64,000 nt of DNA from Thermodesulfobacteriota bacterium (GCA_963675595.2 CAXXLZ010000002.1:4288001-4352000); one strand, 5' to 3'; shown: positions 49,437 through 60,550, counted from the first letter of the stretch. The notes: generated by a model from the sequence alone, not told the origin. Made by a program: numbers and translations.

Positions 49437-52400
49437 TTACGACTCACTCCCAACGAGCTTTTTTTCTTGTGCCGCGTCCGGAATCGCGAGAGTCCGGTTC
49501 ATTTTGAGTTGGTTCGAGGTTCCGTTGGAATCGGAGATTTCCACCAGATATTCCTCGCCTCCCAAGGGCGTGAGGGACAGCCGGCCGCTATGACCATCCG
49601 TTTGCAGTGTTCCTTCCACACCGTCGGACACGTCCCGGTCCAGGAAGGTTTTCCACTGGAGCAAGTCCGGGGTGAGAATCAACTGGACGGCGTCCGTGGT
49701 GTAGGTCTGAACGAATAGGAAGCTTCCGGATCCCCCTCTTTCTCTGTAGCAGCCGTCGACCCCGGTTCTTTGAAGACTTTCCGTGAATACCTTGCGGAGC
49801 GTGTAGTGTATGCTTCGGCCCCGTGGGTCCCGAACCACTGCGACCGCCCCGTCCTCATCGTTGAAGCGCATGGCGAGGGAGCCTCCGCCCGTCTCACTGG
49901 AAGCACTGATCCCGTCGGTCCAATCACTGTCCCGGTAGGCGGTCCAGGATGTGAGGTCGGGAGTCGCCAGAACCACGGCCGATCCATTGGTGTAGGTTTG
50001 TACGAAGAAGTTCATGACCGGATTCGAGGACTTGTAGATTCCGCCCACGGGCGTAAGAGAATCCCCGGGCATGCTTCTCAATGTCACCGGTCGGTCGGCG
50101 TGGCAAAGTCGATCATTGGATGAATCCGCCATGTGATAATGAGCTTCGCCGAACACCTGTTTGAGACCCGATGCATTTTCGGGGACGCGCACGGTGTATT
50201 GCAGGGTAACGGGGCTTTCGGGAACGGTCCCGGTCCAGACGATATCGCCTCGCACCATCTCGGGCGCACCGTCCCCGGACCAATGGATGATTTCCCAGCC
50301 TGCGGGCAAATTGGGTCGCCACAAGAGAGACAGCAACGCGCCGGAATATTCCAGCGTCACGTGGAAGGTCGTTTCCTCACCCGGAGTGTAAAAAGCTTCT
50401 CCCGTATGGCTTGCGGCGAATCTCTCGGATTCGTTGTTCGATGAGGCGAGCGCCGTCGTGGATCCGGCGTCGAACCCGGGGGCGAACCCGTCGGCTCCTT
50501 CCGCGTCGGGGTGATAACCGCCGGCGCGCCAGTAGGCGAGGGCCCGATTGATTTCCGTTCCATCGATGACCCAGGCGCTTTCCTGGAAGTCGGCTGAATT
50601 CCGTTCACAGGTTTGGTCGCCGGAACCCGGTGCGAATCCGTCGGACCCTAAAGGGTCACAGTGGTAACCGCCGGCGCGCCAGTAGGCCATGAGCCGGCTC
50701 GCTTCCGTACCGTCTATCATCCATAGCGGGTCCTCGTAGTCGCCGTCGTGCAGTTCCTCCAGCAGAAGGGAGGCGGGGTCGGCCCACAGAACTCCGGGAT
50801 GCGCCTGTCCATTCAAGGTGTATTCGAGCCGACCCGAAAGGGCCTGAGCCTCGTCCACGGCTTCCGGGACGTCCATTTCCAGGGTGACTTCCAAGGGATT
50901 GGGGGTGAGATCTCCTTCGAAAACCACCGCGGCGCCCTGGATGCCGGGTTGTCCGTCACCCACTGCGTCCACGAGAACCCAGCCTTCGGGCAGGGTGGGG
51001 GTGTAGGACAGGGATTCCAACGCCCGCTCCGCCGGGTAGGATACGGTGCATTTCACAAAAGCGGGGCCTGGAGACCGGTATCCCGAACCTTCCTGGGCGA
51101 CGTCGACCAAGGGGGGATTCACGGTGATGGTGACCGTGTCCGTCGAGGTGCCGCAGGAGTTGAGGGCGGAAAGCGTATAGGTGGTGTCGGCGTCCGGGTA
51201 CACAAGCGTTGTTCCCCCTTCGGAATTCACGTCGCCCACGCCGGAATCAATATCGGCGGAAGCCGCCCGGGAGAGGCTCCAGGAAAGCTCCACAGCTTCG
51301 CCCTCGTTGACTTCATTGGAATCCGCCGTGAAGGAAACCACCTCGGGAACGTTGTTCACGGTCAGCGTTACGTCGCTTGTGGTCGTGCCGCACTGGTTCA
51401 CGGCGCTCAGGGAGTAGACCGTGGTTTCCACAGGCTCGACTTGCGCGCTGCCGTCGAGGGACAAACCGGTTCCCACGTGAGTGATGTCCACACTGTTCGC
51501 GTAGGTGGTGGCCCAGGACAGTTCGGCGGATCCTCCCGTGCAGAGCTCGTTGGAGTCCGCGGTGAAGGAATCGATGACAGGCGCCGAATTCACGGTGACC
51601 GTCAACGTATCCGTATCGGAACCGCAAGTATTGGTCGCGGTGAGGGTATAAACGGTGGTGGCGCCCGGAGTTACCTGAGTCGATCCGTCCGCGTCGAGAC
51701 CGCCGGTTCCGTTAATGTCCACCTCATCCACACCGGTGGTGTTCCATGACAAGTCCACCGAAGACCCGGCGCAAATTTCCCCTGAGGTCGCCGTGAAGTT
51801 GTCCACGGAGGGCGCAAACAACACCGTCACCGTCACTTGGCCGGTGTCCGAACCGCATGGATTACTCGCGGTAAGCGTGTAGGTGGTTTCCGACGACGGA
51901 GAAACCTCGATCGTTCCGTCCGTGTCCAGCCCTGTGCCCACTCCCGAAATATCCACCTGGGTTGCATAGGAGGTGTTCCACGAAAGCAGGGCGGAGCCTC
52001 CGTTGCAGATTTGAGACGTATCTACGCTGAAGTCATCCACGGTGGGAGCGGCGCATCCCAGGGAAAGAGGGTTGGATTGTGCATACGCGGTTGCGGGATT
52101 CACCATTCCGAGAAAAGCGTAGACCACTTCTCCGGTGATTTCCCGCGAACCGGATTCGTCCTCCGGGACGCGTATGGTGTATTCCATCTGAATGGGACTT
52201 GCGGGCAGGGAGCCGGTCCAGAGGATTTCTCCGAAAACGGCATTGTATTCAGGGCTTCCGTCCCCCGTAACCTGTTCGATGGTCCAGCCTGTGGGAAGGG
52301 TCGGTTTCCACAGGAGGGACAACAAGGTGCCGTCGTAAGAGAAGGTGTTGGAAACGGTAATGGTTTGCCCCGGAACATAGCCCGAAGAGGTCGAATGCGT

Positions 52401-52499
52401 GACCGATTGGACGTCGGCTCCGGCGACGCCGGCAAGGCAAAACAGGAGAAATGCGAACAGGATCGCGGTCCGCCCGGAATGGAGAAATGTACTTTTCAT
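49437..52499 (-). CDS. Large secreted multidomain protein (3 cohesin-like, 3 Ig-like, duplicated dockerin-like motif, 2 C-terminal repeats)
   Basis: Internal repeats read from the translation. Confidence 0.8.
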   Translation of the reverse strand: MKSTFLHSGRTAILFAFLLFCLAGVAGADVQSVTHSTSSGYVPGQTITVSNTFSYDGTLLSLLWKPTLPTGWTIEQVTGDGSPEYNAVFGEILWTGSLPASPIQMEYTIRVPEDESGSREITGEVVYAFLGMVNPATAYAQSNPLSLGCAAPTVDDFSVDTSQICNGGSALLSWNTSYATQVDISGVGTGLDTDGTIEVSPSSETTYTLTASNPCGSDTGQVTVTVLFAPSVDNFTATSGEICAGSSVDLSWNTTGVDEVDINGTGGLDADGSTQVTPGATTVYTLTATNTCGSDTDTLTVTVNSAPVIDSFTADSNELCTGGSAELSWATTYANSVDITHVGTGLSLDGSAQVEPVETTVYSLSAVNQCGTTTSDVTLTVNNVPEVVSFTADSNEVNEGEAVELSWSLSRAASADIDSGVGDVNSEGGTTLVYPDADTTYTLSALNSCGTSTDTVTITVNPPLVDVAQEGSGYRSPGPAFVKCTVSYPAERALESLSYTPTLPEGWVLVDAVGDGQPGIQGAAVVFEGDLTPNPLEVTLEMDVPEAVDEAQALSGRLEYTLNGQAHPGVLWADPASLLLEELHDGDYEDPLWMIDGTEASRLMAYWRAGGYHCDPLGSDGFAPGSGDQTCERNSADFQESAWVIDGTEINRALAYWRAGGYHPDAEGADGFAPGFDAGSTTALASSNNESERFAASHTGEAFYTPGEETTFHVTLEYSGALLSLLWRPNLPAGWEIIHWSGDGAPEMVRGDIVWTGTVPESPVTLQYTVRVPENASGLKQVFGEAHYHMADSSNDRLCHADRPVTLRSMPGDSLTPVGGIYKSSNPVMNFFVQTYTNGSAVVLATPDLTSWTAYRDSDWTDGISASSETGGGSLAMRFNDEDGAVAVVRDPRGRSIHYTLRKVFTESLQRTGVDGCYRERGGSGSFLFVQTYTTDAVQLILTPDLLQWKTFLDRDVSDGVEGTLQTDGHSGRLSLTPLGGEEYLVEISDSNGTSNQLKMNRTLAIPDAAQEKKLVGSES

Positions 52500-52778
52500 G
52501 ACCCTACCTACCTGATCCCAATCTCGGTTAATCGCTTGCAGTAAATTGTAAACAAATGGACAAAAACAGCAGCCTTTGCTGAGCATATGCGGGGAATCCC
52601 TCTTCACGTCGTGTGGCTGCAGCGTATCATTTTCAGGATATCTCTCGAACCACCCGTGGCGTCGTGACGGAAAACGAACGACCGGACCATGCTCCGAACG
52701 AGTTTGAAGAACCGCTCCGATAGTGCATTGTGGTTAAGCCTCCCAGCCGCGGGGTGGGCCCCGCCCGCCCTGAACCGT

Positions 52779-55664
52779 CTATTCCTGCGCCGGAAAGACG
52801 ATCTCCAAGTCAAACTTCGTGGAACCGCCCGAGGGTTCGTAAATCGCGGCGGTATAGGAACCGCTTTGCTTTTCCGTCATGGTGAGGGCTCGGCCGGTTT
52901 CCGCCAGGTCTCCGGAAACGGAAATACCGTCCCGCCAATCGGGATCGAGAAATACGAGCCAGTTCATCAGATCGGGCGTGAGAATCGCCAATAGGGAACC
53001 CGTGGAATAGGTTTGTATATAAGTGTTCATACTCTGGTCGAGGGTCTTGTAAATGCCGTCGGGCGCGTCGTCGGACGCGGAGAAATCGAACACGCGGGAA
53101 AGCACCCGGGAATCCTCCGAACCGCCGGGAAAGGCGACGGTCGCCAAGAGGGTGACGTCGTCCGCGAAATCGAGGGAAAGTCGTCGGCCGAGTCCCGCCA
53201 TGTCGGGAACGTCTTCCACGCCGGCGCCCCATTCGGGTACCAGAAACGCTTGGAAGTTGACCAGGTCCGAGGTGAACAGAACGAGCATGCTGCCTTCGTC
53301 ATAGGTCTGAAGGAACACATTGACGGAATTGTCCAGGGTTTTGTAGATGCCGCTCGGATTGAACGGTTTCTCCGGAGCCACGAAGAGAGGATCGGGGTCC
53401 ACGAATTGAGCGGAAGGATTGGCCTCCCCCGGCAGATGAATTAGAACTTCGTTTCGGATTTCGCAGTCCCGTGTTTCGGTGGGAGGTACTTGGAGTACGT
53501 AGGACATGCTCACCGGTGAGGGCGGCAGGGAACCGGTCCAGAGGATGTCCCCACCGGAGAGCTCCGGATTTCCGTCACCCGAAACGCTTTGGATTTCCCA
53601 TCCTTCGGGCGGCGCCGGACGCCACATGAGGGACAGGAGATTGCCGGTGTAGGTGACTTCCGTATCTACCGTGACCGCTCCTCCCGCCTGATAGTAGTCG
53701 CCGTCCATGGAATGAGTCGCCTGAAAACCGTTCTCGGTCGTGCGAACTAGAGCGCCTCCCAGGGGTGCGCCCTCCAAACCGGGCGCATACCCGTCGGCTC
53801 CCGTTTCATCCGGGTGATACCCGCCGGCCCGCCAATAGGCGAGGACACGGCCGGTTTCCTGTCCGTCCAGAACCCAGTCCGGCTCCAGGTAATCGGCGCA
53901 GTGGAGATCGCAGGACGTATCTCCCGATCCGGCGGCGAACCCGTCCAGGCCCGAGGCGTCGCAATGGTAGCCGCCGGCGCGCCAATAGGACAGCACGCGG
54001 TTGACTTCGTTCCCGTCCATGGACCAGGCGGGAGCTTCCGTATCCGCGTCGTGCAGTTTGTAAACCGTAATGTAGTCGTACTCGATCACCGTGTCGGATC
54101 CGCCGGATCCTTCCACCGTGAGGGATACCGTATATGTGCCGGCCTCCTGGTAACCGTGCACGGGATTTGCCTCCGTGCTCGTGTCGCCGTCGCCGAAATC
54201 CCACGCGTAGGAGCTGATGTCACCGGTGGAGGTATTGGTGAAGGTCACTTGAAGAGGTGCGAGTCCGGAAGTGGCAGCAGCTGAAAAACTAGCTGAGGGT
54301 GAAGCGGCAGAGCAGGATTCCCGGAAGTTGGAAACAACGTAAGCGGTGTTGTTGAGTGTCTTTCGATTATCTGCGGCGTTAATTTCTCCCTCAGGCACTC
54401 CAAGAGGAGAACCTTCATATAGCAAGTTCGGATTTGACCAATAGGGTAAGCGTGTACAAGAAATACCTTGGTTGGCGCACTCAGTGTTGTAGGCCATAAT
54501 TGTGCGCCATTGCTGAGAGGCGTTTACGTACCCATGATTATACGTGTAGGGGCTGTTAGTCGTATCGTCTACATACCAGTCATGACGTGGCCCCATGGTG
54601 TGCCCGAGTTCATGAGAGAACGAAAGATTCCCAACTGCACATTCATCGGCAACAACAGACAATGCGTAAGGAGCCAAGGCAGTCAGGACAATCCACATTT
54701 GATAAGACATCCCACAAGAGTTGCCTCCATCATCCACAATAAGGACAATGTTATCGGCACAATATTCATCGCGCAAGCTGTGAACATCGTCCATGTAGCC
54801 GTCATCCTTCCGATAAAGGCGATACAGATCAGTATTAAGATCACCGGTCTCCGTATATGACACTTCGGCAGTATGGACTAAATTGATCCTTTGTGAGACT
54901 CCGCTGTTTGCATAAGTTGTGTTGGTCTGTTCAACTGCCAAGTCAATCAAGTTGAGGATGCCGCTCGCACCGCCACGGGCATCGCGAGCCGTGGGAGTAT
55001 AAACAACCAAAACATCGATGACCGAGCCGTCGTCGGCCATGGGTGCGGCTATGAAAGAAGGCGTGAGATCAAGACTCATCGTCTCGTCGGAAATAGGAGA
55101 AGGCTCGGACTCAGAGGGCAATTCCTCTTGGTTGACTTCCTTGATTACATGGATGCCTTCGCCTGCATAACTTATCGTGACTATGCAGGAACCCTGGGTA
55201 ACGATGCCTTCAAGAACACCATGCCGATAAGCCATGACCACACTACCGCCCCCGGAGTCTGCTGAGCTTCCGGAGAGAACAAGGGCTCCGGTCGAGGTCT
55301 TGCCGACTTTGTTGATCTTATACTCTTGTTGTTGACCTTCAAATAAGTTCAGCAGGATGGATCTGGGGAAGGAAACAGGACGTCTTTCAGAACCTCCGAT
55401 CTTTTCAAGAATGGAATCATCTATGCTCACGAAACGACGTCGTAAGACAGAGGGGTCCTGAGCCTCCTGAGCCACAAAAGAGTTGGGTTCGGCGGAAATG
55501 AATAGGGGTTTTGCCGAAAAGCTTGGAACCGTGGGGGTCTCCCAAGACGTGGCGGTTCGGGGAGAGCCGAACGATGCGGCCATTAGGCACGCCAAGGAAA
55601 TGCGCAGCGCGGTGAGGAACCCTATTTTCTGGAGTGAATATCCTGCCATCGCTTGTTTGATCAA
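52779..55664 (-). CDS. M12/reprolysin-like zinc metalloprotease + PKD + dockerin-like + cohesin-like + C-terminal repeats
   Basis: HELGHTMGPRH, Met-turn TIMAY, PKD WDFGDG. Confidence 0.88.
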   Translation of the reverse strand: MIKQAMAGYSLQKIGFLTALRISLACLMAASFGSPRTATSWETPTVPSFSAKPLFISAEPNSFVAQEAQDPSVLRRRFVSIDDSILEKIGGSERRPVSFPRSILLNLFEGQQQEYKINKVGKTSTGALVLSGSSADSGGGSVVMAYRHGVLEGIVTQGSCIVTISYAGEGIHVIKEVNQEELPSESEPSPISDETMSLDLTPSFIAAPMADDGSVIDVLVVYTPTARDARGGASGILNLIDLAVEQTNTTYANSGVSQRINLVHTAEVSYTETGDLNTDLYRLYRKDDGYMDDVHSLRDEYCADNIVLIVDDGGNSCGMSYQMWIVLTALAPYALSVVADECAVGNLSFSHELGHTMGPRHDWYVDDTTNSPYTYNHGYVNASQQWRTIMAYNTECANQGISCTRLPYWSNPNLLYEGSPLGVPEGEINAADNRKTLNNTAYVVSNFRESCSAASPSASFSAAATSGLAPLQVTFTNTSTGDISSYAWDFGDGDTSTEANPVHGYQEAGTYTVSLTVEGSGGSDTVIEYDYITVYKLHDADTEAPAWSMDGNEVNRVLSYWRAGGYHCDASGLDGFAAGSGDTSCDLHCADYLEPDWVLDGQETGRVLAYWRAGGYHPDETGADGYAPGLEGAPLGGALVRTTENGFQATHSMDGDYYQAGGAVTVDTEVTYTGNLLSLMWRPAPPEGWEIQSVSGDGNPELSGGDILWTGSLPPSPVSMSYVLQVPPTETRDCEIRNEVLIHLPGEANPSAQFVDPDPLFVAPEKPFNPSGIYKTLDNSVNVFLQTYDEGSMLVLFTSDLVNFQAFLVPEWGAGVEDVPDMAGLGRRLSLDFADDVTLLATVAFPGGSEDSRVLSRVFDFSASDDAPDGIYKTLDQSMNTYIQTYSTGSLLAILTPDLMNWLVFLDPDWRDGISVSGDLAETGRALTMTEKQSGSYTAAIYEPSGGSTKFDLEIVFPAQE

Positions 55665-55920
55665 AGGAAGAGTTTATAATACATTGCGTGTATTACCATG
55701 TAATATAGTCGTGCGGTTTGAAGATGTCAAGCGGAAGAGGTGCGAGGATGGGCGGCAGTGAATAATTTGATTCGCCGGGCCAAGGAGCCGAAGTGTTTCC
55801 AAGCGAACAGGTATTGCCGGCCGGGGATTCCTGAAGATGAAAAAGGGCGGGAATGAACGGCTTGCGGCCATCATTCCCCGCCCCTCTTAATTGTTGTCTT
55901 TGTCTCGATTGCGCGCCGGC

Positions 55921-56661
55921 CTAACCGTTCTTTCTTTTTCTCGCGTATCGGAAGGAAGCCAATCCGACAAGACCCACACCAATGAGCAGCACGGTGGAGG
56001 GTTCGGGGACCGGCTGGTCAGGAAAGCCGTCGGGGAGCTCGAAAATGTGCCCTTGGTTCTCCTCGTCGATGAAGAGTGCGAATGCGGCGTATTTCTCCGG
56101 TGCAGTACCCGTATAGTTTGATAGAGCCTCAAGGTAGGTATTCGCCTGGGCAACAACATCCGACGATCCGTTGATCATGAAGTAGTCACTACCTGACCCG
56201 GCTCCTGCGTTATCCGGAGACGAATCATAAATTACTTCCCAAATGGCTGCCTGTAAAGCGGCGGCTTCGGTGCCCGTATCGGCGTTGTCTATAAACAGGT
56301 TCATGAGAAACGCAGCTTTTTTCAGCTCATCCGGCGAGCTGTCGTCAATGTAGGTAAGATCATCACTCCAGAATGGAGTACCGTCCACATAGGTGCCCAG
56401 GTCGATGCAGAAGGCTCTTACATCGTTGAAGACTTCAGTGTCGACGGTCAGATTCCAGCGCATGATTCCGGCCTGGACCGTGTATGGCATGTTTGATTTG
56501 ACCTTGCTGCCGTTGTCATAGGCTATGATATTGATGTTTGACGACGGCGAGACATTAACATAGTCGAACTGCACCATGATTGCTTGGGCATTGGCGCCGA
56601 CAAGCAATGTCATAAGTGCAACTGCGGAGATAAGAATTCCCGTCCATACGTTTTTTCGCAT
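55921..56661 (-). CDS. PEP-CTERM protein (AFCID...ALQAAIWE type)
   Basis: GGAGG SD before MRKNV; VPEPSTVLLIGVGLVGL..RKRK. Confidence 0.92.
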   Translation of the reverse strand: MRKNVWTGILISAVALMTLLVGANAQAIMVQFDYVNVSPSSNINIIAYDNGSKVKSNMPYTVQAGIMRWNLTVDTEVFNDVRAFCIDLGTYVDGTPFWSDDLTYIDDSSPDELKKAAFLMNLFIDNADTGTEAAALQAAIWEVIYDSSPDNAGAGSGSDYFMINGSSDVVAQANTYLEALSNYTGTAPEKYAAFALFIDEENQGHIFELPDGFPDQPVPEPSTVLLIGVGLVGLASFRYARKRKNG

Positions 56662-56706
56662 TTTACAGCCTCCCCTTAACGCGGTGGTGGTTTTTCCGAG
56701 AAGAGA

Positions 56707-56724
56707 AGCAAATGCCATGCCAAA
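56707..56724 (-). promoter_or_regulatory. Sigma54 promoter
   Basis: tTGGCATggcatTTGCt on the minus strand. Confidence 0.75.
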
Positions 56725-57655
56725 TAAAAAGATAGTGTAATATTGATTGGTTAAGGGGTATCGGGTTGTGAGGTGCACGGTGTTGTAGCCAATACCGACA
56801 CCTGAAATCTCTCGCATGGAGGGAATGATAATTCTCACAATACAGACATAATGCATGGTTATATTATAAATACATTTATGGATTGTTTCCGGCGTAAAGA
56901 AAACCGACAAGGGGAGCAGAGAGCGTGTCTAACCCATTGCTGTCCCACAAAATAAAGAAGGATAATCAATAAGAAACGGCTCTGGAAGCCCCATGTGTTA
57001 TAATGGTTGTGCGAAAAAGCACTAACAAAACAAGGGGATCCGAGCCATGGCACATCGTAACACAATCCTAAGTCAAGTAGTTGCATTTCTTCCGAGACAT
57101 GAATTCGATAGTTTTGCCAAGGTGCATCATGTTGGACGCCGTTTTCGAAGTTTCAACCGATGGTTTCAATTTATGGCGCTGATCATCGCTCAGCTTTCCG
57201 GGCGGGTTAGCCTGAGGGACTTGGTGGACAACATCGGCGCCCGGGCGCAAAGACTGTATCATCTGGGTATGCGGAGCCTTTCGCGATCGAATCTTGCGCG
57301 AACCAACGACAAACAACCGGCAGACCTCTACCGACTCCTGTTCGAGAGGCTCCTTACGAGATGTCGCAATTCAGCTCCGGGAAACCGATTCAAGTTCAGA
57401 GCCAAGCTCTATCTGCTGGACGCCACGATGATTGAACTCTGCTTGTCCGTCTTTCCGTGGGCTCGATATACCCGAAGCAAGGGGGCGGTGAAGATGCACA
57501 TGGGCCTGGACGCCGACGGCTACCTTCCCTCCTTTTTGTCGGTGACGGACGGCAAAGGACATGAAATCCAGTGGGCCAGGTTGGAATGCCCCCCGATAAT
57601 TGGTCCATGTATAATGAGAGTCTGAATGCCCAAAGAACGGAAGGAGACTTTTTGC

Positions 57656-57937
57656 ATGGCCAAGAGAAAGAGACACAGCGCGGAGCAAATCATCCGGAAA
57701 CTTGAAGACGCGGACCGTCGTCTGACGGCAGGGCAGACGATAGCGCAGGTTTGCCAATCGCTGGAGGTGAGCGAGGCGACGTACCACCGGTGGCGAAACC
57801 AGTATGGGGGGATGAAGGCTGAGGAGGCCAAACGGCTAAAAGAACTGGAAAAGGAAAATGCACGCTTAAAAAAGCTGGTCGCCGATCTGATGTTGGACAA
57901 GGCAATGCTGAAGGATCTTGCGGAGGGAAACTTCTAA
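57656..57937 (+). CDS. IS3 OrfA
   Basis: HTH; YHRWRNQYGG...LKELEKENARLKKLVA; GGGAAAC frameshift site at the end. Confidence 0.92.
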   Translation: MAKRKRHSAEQIIRKLEDADRRLTAGQTIAQVCQSLEVSEATYHRWRNQYGGMKAEEAKRLKELEKENARLKKLVADLMLDKAMLKDLAEGNF

Positions 57938-58068
57938 GCCCGGCGCGTCGTAGGAAAGCGGTTGATTATGTTCGAAGTGAACATGCCGCTTCAGAGCGTC
58001 GGGCCTGCCGCGTAGCCGGTCAACACCGATCCACCCAACGTTATGAGCCGAAGGAACGGGACGATGAG

Positions 58069-58836
58069 GTGGAACTGATCAAGGCTCTTCACCGGTTGGT
58101 TGGAGAACATCCCCGTTTTGGATGCCGTAGGATCACTCGGCTGCTGCGTGATGCGGGGTGGGCGGTAAACTACAAGCGAATTCATAGACTTTGGAAAGAG
58201 GAAGGATTCAAGGTACCTCGAAAAGCCAAGAAGAAACGCTTCCTGGGAGTTGATGCCAATGCGTGCAACAAGCGTAAGGCGGCTTTTGCAAATGATGTCT
58301 GGACGTTGGATTTCATTCATGACCGCTTGGTCGACGGCCGTCAGTTCAAGTGCTTGGCCATTGTCGACGAGTTTACTCGGGAAAACCTGGCCCTGAGGAT
58401 CAACCGCTCCATTACGGGTGAAGACGTTTTGAACGAGCTGAGCCGATTGATGGGCGAGCGGGGAGTTCCAACGGGCATTCGATCGGATAACGGTCCCGAA
58501 TTTATAGCCCAAAAGGTGAGAAACTGGCTGAAAGACCTGGGAGTGGGAACCCTTTTCGTCGAGCCGGGAGCCCCTTGGCAGAACGGGTACGTGGAAAGTT
58601 TCAACAGCCGTTTTCGGGATGAATTCTTGAACATGGAAATTTTCAACAACATCAAGGAAGCGCAGACTCTGGCCGCCAAATGGCGGAAAGCCTATAACGA
58701 GGAAAGACCGCACAGTGCATTGAATTACATGACCCCGGCCCAGTTCGCGGCGAGCCCTTGGGGCCTCGACTCCGCCTCGCTCAGCTCGGCTTCGCCGAGG
58801 CCCCAAGGGCCGGGGATGGAAAACCGCGAGTCATGA
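58069..58836 (+). CDS. IS3 OrfB DDE integrase core (joined by -1 frameshift)
   Basis: WTLDF, SDNGPEF, PWQNGYVESFN, YNEERPHSAL. Confidence 0.92.
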   Translation: MELIKALHRLVGEHPRFGCRRITRLLRDAGWAVNYKRIHRLWKEEGFKVPRKAKKKRFLGVDANACNKRKAAFANDVWTLDFIHDRLVDGRQFKCLAIVDEFTRENLALRINRSITGEDVLNELSRLMGERGVPTGIRSDNGPEFIAQKVRNWLKDLGVGTLFVEPGAPWQNGYVESFNSRFRDEFLNMEIFNNIKEAQTLAAKWRKAYNEERPHSALNYMTPAQFAASPWGLDSASLSSASPRPQGPGMENRES

Positions 58837-60369
58837 TAAAACTCTCATAACTCCTGGACCAAAAACTGGGGGCTTGACAAGGTCTCTGCAACTGCCCAAG
58901 GGCTCCTTCGTTGTGTTCGATCGCGGTTTCACCGACTATGACTGGTATGCCTCCCTCATGAAGAACGGTGTGTTCTTCGTGACCAGACTCAAGAGCAACG
59001 CCAAAATCCGGGTCGGCCGTAAGCGCAGTGGTCGCAAAGCCGAGGGGATCAAAAGCGATCGCGAGATTTACCTCGGCGGCCTGACCGAACCACTTCGTCT
59101 GGTGGAATATAGCGATCGGAAGACCGGCATGGAATATCGGTTGCTCACCAACGCCTTCCATCTCAAGGCCAAAACCTTGGCCGACCTGTACAAGGAACGG
59201 TGGCAAATCGAACTCTTCTTCAAATGGATCAAGCAGAATCTCAAAGTGAAGACCTTCTTGGGAACTTCTCTTAATGCCGTCCTGACTCAGTTGTGGGTCG
59301 CGATGATCGTTTATCTCCTCCTTGCCTTTCTCAAATTCAAAGCCAAACTGACCCAAACCCTCGGGGCCATCCTCCGGCTCCTACAGCTGAATCTCTTCTC
59401 ATTACGGGATATTATGTCTCTCTTCGAACCTACAAACTCTCAACCCATTGATAATAAACAACTATCTCTCTGGTAATCTTTATGGGACAGCAATGTGTCT
59501 AACCTAAGGTTAGTGTTGAATATGGCATGGATATGGTTATGGCAAGTATGAGTAAAAGAGTATAAATACGGTATTGAAAACTTATTTGATGAAGAGTGGA
59601 ATGGGCGAAGAAATATTTAGAAGTAAATTGGCTATATTAAGTTAACGAACCAAATGAAGTAAATAAAATTTGGACAATTTAGTAAATTAGAGGTAAATAG
59701 TAAGATGTATTAATGATAAGTAGATTATGTTATTATTAGTATTTAGAAAAGAATAAAAAACATTATATCATGATAATAAAGATAATGCAATTTCGGGGCG
59801 CTTGGAATTTGCGGTAATTTTTGAAAAGGCTTAATTGTGGATCTGATAGTTTATATGGAAATTGGCTGCGGATCTATGGTTTGATGGAATTGGATAGTCT
59901 TCAATTCCAATGTGGTTTGAGGTAAATCGCTTGGTAAATGCGTTAGGCGTTGCCATGGAGCTCCGTTCCGATAGATGCGTGTTATCTGTGAATTGTATAT
60001 GGGTTGTTTTCAAAATGGCGAAGTCGAGGCGGTCTTGGTCGAAAGGATGTCGATTACTCACCTTTTGATCTGTTTCTACGAGTCGATCTTCAGATGCAGG
60101 GCCAGGAAGTTGCAGAAGGCTTGACTTTGGACGCGTCGGAGCCTTTGGTGGAGCCGAGGCCTGAGTTCCAGGGCCGATTTTGGTCCCGGAAGGTTCTTTC
60201 CGCTTGCCACAGGCGTTTGTTGGTGACAACAGCCGACTTTGTCGGCGGGAGAGTCGGTACCGGTGAGGAGAACATATTTGCCGTGGAATCGAGTGGAAGC
60301 GTTCCGCTGATCCGGTCGACCTTGTGAAGACAGTTCGGCTGGCCACCGCTGTGGACCGTGGTTCGGTAG

Positions 60370-60550
60370 CGGCCGCAGCATCTAAGGACGTTCCTATCAT
60401 TGGCTGGTTCGACGGAGACGGCGAGGAAAAGATTCGACTGGACAAAGCAATGCCGTTGCCCCCAGCCCCGAACCCGGCACGGTGGCTTTCCTGGGAATGG
60501 GGATTCTGGGATTGGCGCTGGCGGGACGGAGAAAACTGCTGAAGAAGTAA
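60370..60550 (+). pseudogene. Frameshifted paralog of PEP-CTERM gene 60963-61346
   Basis: IGWFDGDGEEKIRLDKA, then PEPGTVAFLGMGILGLAL..LLKK in another frame. Confidence 0.75.

Larger units (their letters stand above)
57582..58879 (+). mobile_element. IS3-family element (IS407-like)
   Basis: TG...CA imperfect TIRs, 4-bp TSD aggt. Confidence 0.93.
57047..59476 (+). pseudogene. IS4 transposase (DUF4372 + DDE) split by IS3
   Basis: LLDAT.I / FDRG / YKERWQIELFFKWIKQ; removing IS3 plus one TSD restores WARSLQLP. Confidence 0.9.
56935..59495 (+). mobile_element. IS4-family element interrupted by IS3
   Basis: TIR cattgctgtccca / tgggacagcaatg; 9-bp TSD tgtctaacc (56926-56934, 59496-59504). Confidence 0.95.
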
